Assembly (NCBI GenBank): GCA_003344405.1 | Contig: NOWV01000107.1 | Location: 124,001 to 188,000 of the forward strand | DNA length: 64,000 nucleotides | Direction of reading: 5' to 3' | Origin: Trichoplax sp. H2 | Lineage: Eukaryota | Shown here: in pieces, positions 52,759 to 64,000 of the stretch | Position numbering within the stretch: the first letter of the stretch is position 1 | How the letters are laid out: every line of letters starts with the position of its first letter | Notes under the pieces: generated by a model | The model's input: the letters and a program-made list of their open reading frames with translations, nothing else | Told to the model about the DNA's origin: nothing | The model's database searches: none | Position numbers and translations under genes: made by a program

Positions 52759-53686
52759 GGCGTCTTGAGCTTGGTCTTCCTCCAAACCACTCGGATGCAA
52801 GTGACTTGACCTACGTGTCAACTAGACTGCGCGCTGACGTTTCGAACGTCCCTGATGCGTTTCTTTGTCCTTCCACAGTACAGTATATTAAGCTTACAGT
52901 ACGCGACTGTACAGTACTGTACTAGGGCACTGTACCGTGCCGGTAGTCTGACGTCATGCCATGTGTCTGGTGAACTTTCGCTTCCAGTACAGTACTGTAC
53001 GTACAGTACAGTACAATGTCCAGAAAGATTGTACTGTACACTGTACCAGTAATTTGGAGTGTCCAGCTTTCCCAATTTGGACACACGACCGTCCCGTACG
53101 GTACAGTACTGTACACTGTAAGCATATGCCTAGTACTGTACTGGAGGGAGAGTACAGGCCCCAGTACTGCACTGGTAATGTAGTGTACTGTACTGTACTT
53201 CACTGTAGTTAGAACCTGTCATTTGTACTGTACAGTATTTGGCATACAGTACACGGTAAACTGTACTGTAACCGGTCAAGCTGATTTGGTACTGTACAGT
53301 ACCATACGCTGTACGGTATCATATAGATTACACTGTGTCAGAAAAATCTTGGATTGCACTACAGTACTGTAGATTGGAAGATTGACTCCGTTGACGAACG
53401 AGCCTCATTGGCGAACGACCCTCATTGAACAACGACCCTCATTGACCAACGACCCTCATTGACCGACGACCCTCATTGACCGACGATCTCGCCCTAATTT
53501 GTACAGTACTGTACAGTATTTGGCATACAGTACAGTACTGTACTGTCAACCTTCAGGCTGATTTGGTACTGTACGGTATCATACTGAGTACAGTAGACAA
53601 CAAAAATCTTGAATTGCACTAGATAGGGAGATTGACTCCAGCCAATCACCTTCATTGACCAACGACCTTGTCCTCAAAGAAGAAAG
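52759..53686. promoter_or_regulatory. Putative bidirectional promoter region between divergent CNIH1 and CNIH4
   Basis: 928 bp between two divergent ATGs. GC-richer than the flanks, with dense TACAGTA/TACTGTA words, a CRE-like palindrome TGACGTCA at 52949-52956 and CCAAT/ATTGG words near 53407 and 53642. Confidence 0.6.
53391..53486. repeat. 17-bp tandem repeat (TTGACCAACGACCCTCA-like), ~5.5 copies
   Basis: Units start at 53391, 53408, 53425, 53442, 53459 and 53476, with no spacers. Confidence 0.9.
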
Positions 53687-55623
53687 ATGGCGCAAGCAGC
53701 GGTCTTCATCTTTGCGCTTATTGATGATTGCTTTTTACTCTTTCTTGCTGTTTACTTTGTATCCTTTTCAAATATTGATATTTTTCAATGTGTAGACGCA
53801 TACACGCACATCCATAGGGTACAGTTGTCCATTCTCGGTATCTGATCATCGATCTGCTATTGGGCAGTGTACAATGCAGATTGCAATTGTGTCATCATTT
53901 TCTCATCTCGGCTTTTATTCCCATCGGTATAGCGTAAATCATTTTCAACCAATTCGTCTATATACTCAATCTACCACCATGACACTATTGTACTTGAGAT
54001 GATCCTGACACTGTCCAAATTATCTACTCTCTATTCTCATCGTGCAATGATAATATTCACAAATCTCCCTGATCCACATCATAATATATATTAATGTACG
54101 TGAAGACACGTATTATCATCACCGATCAAGATTGATTGCCTCACTTTCCACTGTATTTCCCACAAAACTTGATGGATCATCATCAAGCAATGACTAGGTA
54201 ATATTGAAATAGTAAACAATAGACAGTAGATGTACTATCGATTGGGAATGATGAAGAGGACATTGAACATTCAAAGTAAACGAGTTGCAGCAAAAGACTA
54301 CTTGTTTAATACTGAATTTTAAACTTAAATTGATTCATCCTGCTTAAATGAATCATCATTCTACACTTACTACGCCTTCAGCCCTTGACTAGAAAACTCC
54401 AAGATTATAGAATTATCGGATCTAGAAAGTGACCACATCAATGCTACCACTTGCTGTACCAGGTTAAATAGGGTAAGCTTCATTGTCATTGATAGTGTAC
54501 TATGCTCAAAATTGCTGTCAGACAGGAATCAGTCAAATCAACATGGCATTGTTAACTTGAAATATCATTAATTAATGAATTCATTATTAGCCTCATCTTC
54601 CATACATACACATGTACAAAAATTGCAGTATCATCAGCTGGAGCTGATGGACTGCATTGATTTAGTCTGATGTCATAATGAACTAGGGGCTACAACTACT
54701 TAATTTGTATGACAGTCTTAATTGATTAACAATATAATTGTTATTATTACTGATTTGCTATTCATATTATCAAGTCATTTACCACGCTACTCAAAACAGA
54801 AATGAGCAATTTGCAAAAACCTTATTACTAAAGTCAATTTCTTTTTGTAGTGGCTGCTTCCCGAGGCTTTGGCTCAATTACTGACTACAGTCATGCTCCT
54901 GTTAAGCTTTGAGTTGATGTTCCTCATATTCACTTTACCCATGACAATATTCTTGGTTAGGAGGTATGTATAACATTTTTTGATTCAAATTTACAAGTAG
55001 GGCATGAATGAAAAGATACGGTATTACATTAGATGTGATGTTGCCTTACGAGTATGGTGATTGCTGTAAACTTGTAAAATGTATCAAGCAACGATGCTGC
55101 TAGTATAACGGTAGCTAGACGTTAGCAGTTACCCGTACAGCCAAATATAAAATCCCTACTCCACACTAAAATACAGTCTGAAATACTCTAGCATATCCGA
55201 GGTAGTAATGACTGCTTGATTCATAAATTTTCAATAGGATAATTACCAGCAGAAGAGGTCATCTTGGATACTATGATCCCACTGAGATTTATAACAGAGG
55301 ATTGCTAAAGAGTCATATCAAGGAAAGCATGATTAAAATGGCTTATTATTTGTTCGGATTTTTTATATTCTTGTTCAGGTTAGAACCAAAATTGTTACAC
55401 TTAGATTAAGAAAATGCAATAGATACATATTTTAATTTTTCATGTGTTCGTAATCATTATCCATGAAAAGCTGTTGTACTGTACTGTACGTACTTAATTA
55501 CAATGCAAGAGTAACTCAAATTACGGTGCTTTCGTTAATAGCATGATTATGGCATTGGTCCAATCGGGTAATGGCGATACCTCAGTTCCAAATCCAAGCC
55601 TAGCAGAAGGCCTACCTTTGTAG
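53687..55623 (+). CDS. CNIH4: Protein cornichon homolog 4-like
   Basis: Exons 53687-53758 (MAQAAVFIFALIDDCFLLFLAVYF), 54404-54472 (IIELSDLESDHINATTCCTRLNR), 54851-54963 (WLLPEAL..), 55238-55378 (GYYDPTEIYNRGLLKSHIKESMIKMAYYL..) and 55542-55623. The LSDLE.D.INA..CC..LN and DPTEI.NRG.LKSH motifs are CNIH4-type. Confidence 0.93.
53759..54403 (+). other. U12-type (minor spliceosome) GT-AG intron, CNIH4 intron 1
   Basis: 5' splice site GTATCCTTT; branch-like CCCTTGAC at 54382-54389, 14 nt before the AG; no polypyrimidine tract. Flanking exons join in frame. Confidence 0.85.
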
Positions 55624-58321
55624 AGAACTTATGCCATCTCAAAATGTTGTTTGTCCTTCGCCATCATGATTATACTTGATGGATCGATTATTTTGTTACT
55701 TGTCTAGTATTTCAGTTATGCTTTAACCCGTTCATCCTGGCTAAAATACCATAAACTATACTAGCAATTTACTTTTCGTTGGCTGTAAGTTATCTTACAT
55801 AAGATACAGTAAATCTGTTTTTCGCTTGGGTTTTTAATATAATAGTTTTAAATTTGCATTGGAAGATTTCGCAAACTTGTTGAAGTAATTGATGACGAGA
55901 TGGGAGTTTTCCGGAATAAATTGGATTGTAGATTCTTAAATGAATCGTCGGAACGGTGCTAGTTCGAGCATAATTCGCAGTTTTAGGGTTTGAGTAAAAT
56001 TATGCAAGGCTGATTATCCTTAATCTTAAATCTGTAATATACATGTATGTTGCGTACTGACAGTATATTCGATATTCTCTTCTTTACTGATTCTGTTGTG
56101 AATGAAACGATATTGAATGAGTGTGCTTTCTTTCCGTGATAATTGTGAGCATCTAAACTATTCCTTTAGAAACTGTATATATAAATACAATACATCTAAT
56201 CTTGCTTATTAGATATTTTAGCGGATTTAAAATTGAATCATCTTACAAGTTGTAATTGTTTTTAACCTCCTAAAAGAAATTCCTTTCTTAACTAAAGAAA
56301 CAAATAATAAAATTGCATCAACTGTTTGTAAATCATACAGTATAAGAGATTCAACCATATTCTCTTACGTGTATATAAGATAACTTTATAAGATTGTCAG
56401 AAGAAGCCATTCTATCCTTCAGTAATCTTTGAAACTCTAGGAAATAGTTAATCATGCGGATTAACTTGTTAATGAAGCGATATTCGATGTAACCTATTAA
56501 TAGCGTACATTGCATCCTTCGTATGTACTCATAGTGACATCCGAGAAAATCACCAAATTGTACGTGCACTTTTACATTGATGATCCCAGGTTTAGAATTA
56601 CGCAGTAATTTTTATTTGCTAGTCCTTGAACGCTTTAAAATTTTCTTTAAATCAATGAAATTATTAATGCTACTAGACGACAACCGGTTCAATTGAAGCG
56701 AATGTTTGACTAAATAATTAAAGAGTAACATAATATTTCTAGAAACGGTTAGCTTAATATTCGAATTTTTAAACTAATGTTTAATGGTTTACTAGAATAT
56801 CTTTGACGAAATATCGTTGATCAACTATCCGTGATGATATGAATCATGTTTTGATATGTACATTAGCTCTTGCAACCATGCTATATACTACATGATACGT
56901 TAGTACTAAAATATGTTCTTTAATTATCGACGCGGGAATAATCGCTAGTATTTACGATCACATAGTATTCAGCTGGTAAATATGCTATATTCAACGTGTG
57001 TATACATTATTTATTAGAGGTTATACTACGTCAATCTAAATTGAGTTCACTGTGCCCTAGCAAGTATAATCTTTTCGTAATAGGTTATATGCTTTAAGCT
57101 TTTTGTATAAAGATTTTGAATCTATAATATAATAACTTCCGAAATAATTGCATACATTCATTGAAAGCGAAATCGTTTTTGCTTATAATTGCATTGGCGA
57201 TATAGTAGCAGAGTGGTGCGTATCTATATTTATGAAGTATTTAATCTATTTAATATTTTTGAAATGTTTCTATTCAGAAGTCGAAATTCTTTTACTGATG
57301 TAAGAAATGTCAAAATATTAAGGTACAATTTTAAGCCATTAAATCAGTTTTACGGTACTGCATAAGTTGCAGTTATGACAGAATTGGGTAACAGTAGGTG
57401 TTACGATGCCAGTAGCAAAAGACAAGAGTTAACGGAGTTTATAAGAAGCAACTGGTTAAATTTAAAGCACGCGATTTCTAGTATTTTGATTGGATTGAGT
57501 TCAAATTTACCTTCAAATATTATCATCAACGCCAATAGTCAGTGATACCACATATTTTACCTCCAAATTGTAGAGATTGATCTGGTTTCTTGCGTATATA
57601 AATATTATTATCATGTTTCTTTTGAAATAATTCAAGTTAGCCATTGATTTAGCTATTTTAGGCGTTTCTTAGATCTAGTAATACTGTCTTTGATCTTTAG
57701 CCATTTTACATAACACTAATGACTAATTTGCTATGCGATAGCAAACGGTTTACTGTTAAAGCATGCAATGGTATATTCATGATCAATATTAGATTTTTCC
57801 AAATTCAGATTCAGTTTATAAAATATCCCAGTTAATTGTAAACATTTTAATACGCAGTTCATGATATACAGTAGAATATGGTGTAATAAATGAAAAATAA
57901 TATAGAAATTCATAACAGCTGTCGATGTGGTTAGCAAAATTGTTATCAAATCGATCATGTAATTAGCGATTGGTTTGCAACTTTCCTTTTCCGTCAATTT
58001 AAATTATTTCGCCGATTAATATATCAATTCACAACTATACTATACAAACGATGACTGATCTTATCTTTCTATCGAATATATTAATTTTGTACAATATTGG
58101 CATGTACACTTAACTTGGATGTTTTATCTGTGTTCCAATTTCATTCATTACGAGATAACAGACAGACAGATCAGTTTAAATTTACGGAAAGTGCTATCGA
58201 TGCATTACATTAACCTACGTGAGAACAATTTACTTGATCATGCTTATTCTTACCTCAGACTACATTGAACTACACATATATAAAATAGTGAAGAAAAGTA
58301 CGTCGTGTAAAGTACAATTTC

Positions 58322-63669
<5,348 letters not shown>

Positions 63670-64000
63670 CTAATACAAAACATTCAATGTTAATAGCGTA
63701 ACAGACGTGCGTTATAGTAGAGTTTTATTAACAATAATGTACTCTATAGCGTATAGAAAATTAAAGCAGTAAGAAATTACGTCAGTCGATATGACTGTCC
63801 AACTGAGTTAATGAGATCGAGGCCTGAAAGTCAAGTTTGTGGTCATTTAATTCGTCTAACTTGCAGGTTATTTATTTATCTATACTACGGTAGTAAGATG
63901 TGTAGTAATGTTACTGTTGCAATGGAGTCCAAAGTCATTAATCAGTGACTGCCATGGAAGTATTATTAAGTAAAGGCAGTTTTCTAAATGCTATCAATGA

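Noticed and set aside
52818-53212. Five overlapping ORFs on both strands
   Set aside because: By-products of the TACAGTA/TACTGTA low-complexity block; no protein motifs.
53391-53486. CRISPR-like appearance of the 17-bp repeats
   Set aside because: Units are contiguous with no spacers, the context is eukaryotic and there are no cas genes.
55700-58300. ORFs 56351-56569 and 57731-57997
   Set aside because: No motifs or splice support; likely UTR or intergenic DNA between convergent CNIH4 and SEL1L.

Overview
AT-rich eukaryotic (animal) genomic DNA with many short introns. It is probably a placozoan such as Trichoplax; this is inferred from composition and gene style, not proven. The ORF track is mostly noise because the real genes are split into small exons, so I rebuilt them by hand from splice sites. 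(1) A ~29 kb minus-strand gene (16040-45250) encodes a signal peptide, a Cys-rich cap, ~48 single-exon leucine-rich repeats and a GRL101/RXFP-like class A 7TM domain. Phase-compatible splicing continues it into a C-terminal protein-kinase-like domain lacking the catalytic residues, giving a predicted LRR-GPCR-pseudokinase fusion, the most unusual item here. (2) A tandem paralog lies at 854-12667 and runs off the left edge. (3) Two cornichon genes (CNIH1-like and CNIH4-like) sit head-to-head around a 0.9 kb TACAGTA/TACTGTA-saturated spacer. They have matching exon structures, but intron 1 is U12-type in CNIH4 only, and CNIH1 has a GC-AG intron. (4) SEL1L, 5'-incomplete. Introns and intergenic DNA carry several solo-LTR-like elements with 5-bp target-site duplications and a gypsy RNase H remnant directly upstream of an LTR. 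At two gap-flanked sites both the filled and empty alleles of an insertion appear to be assembled in tandem.
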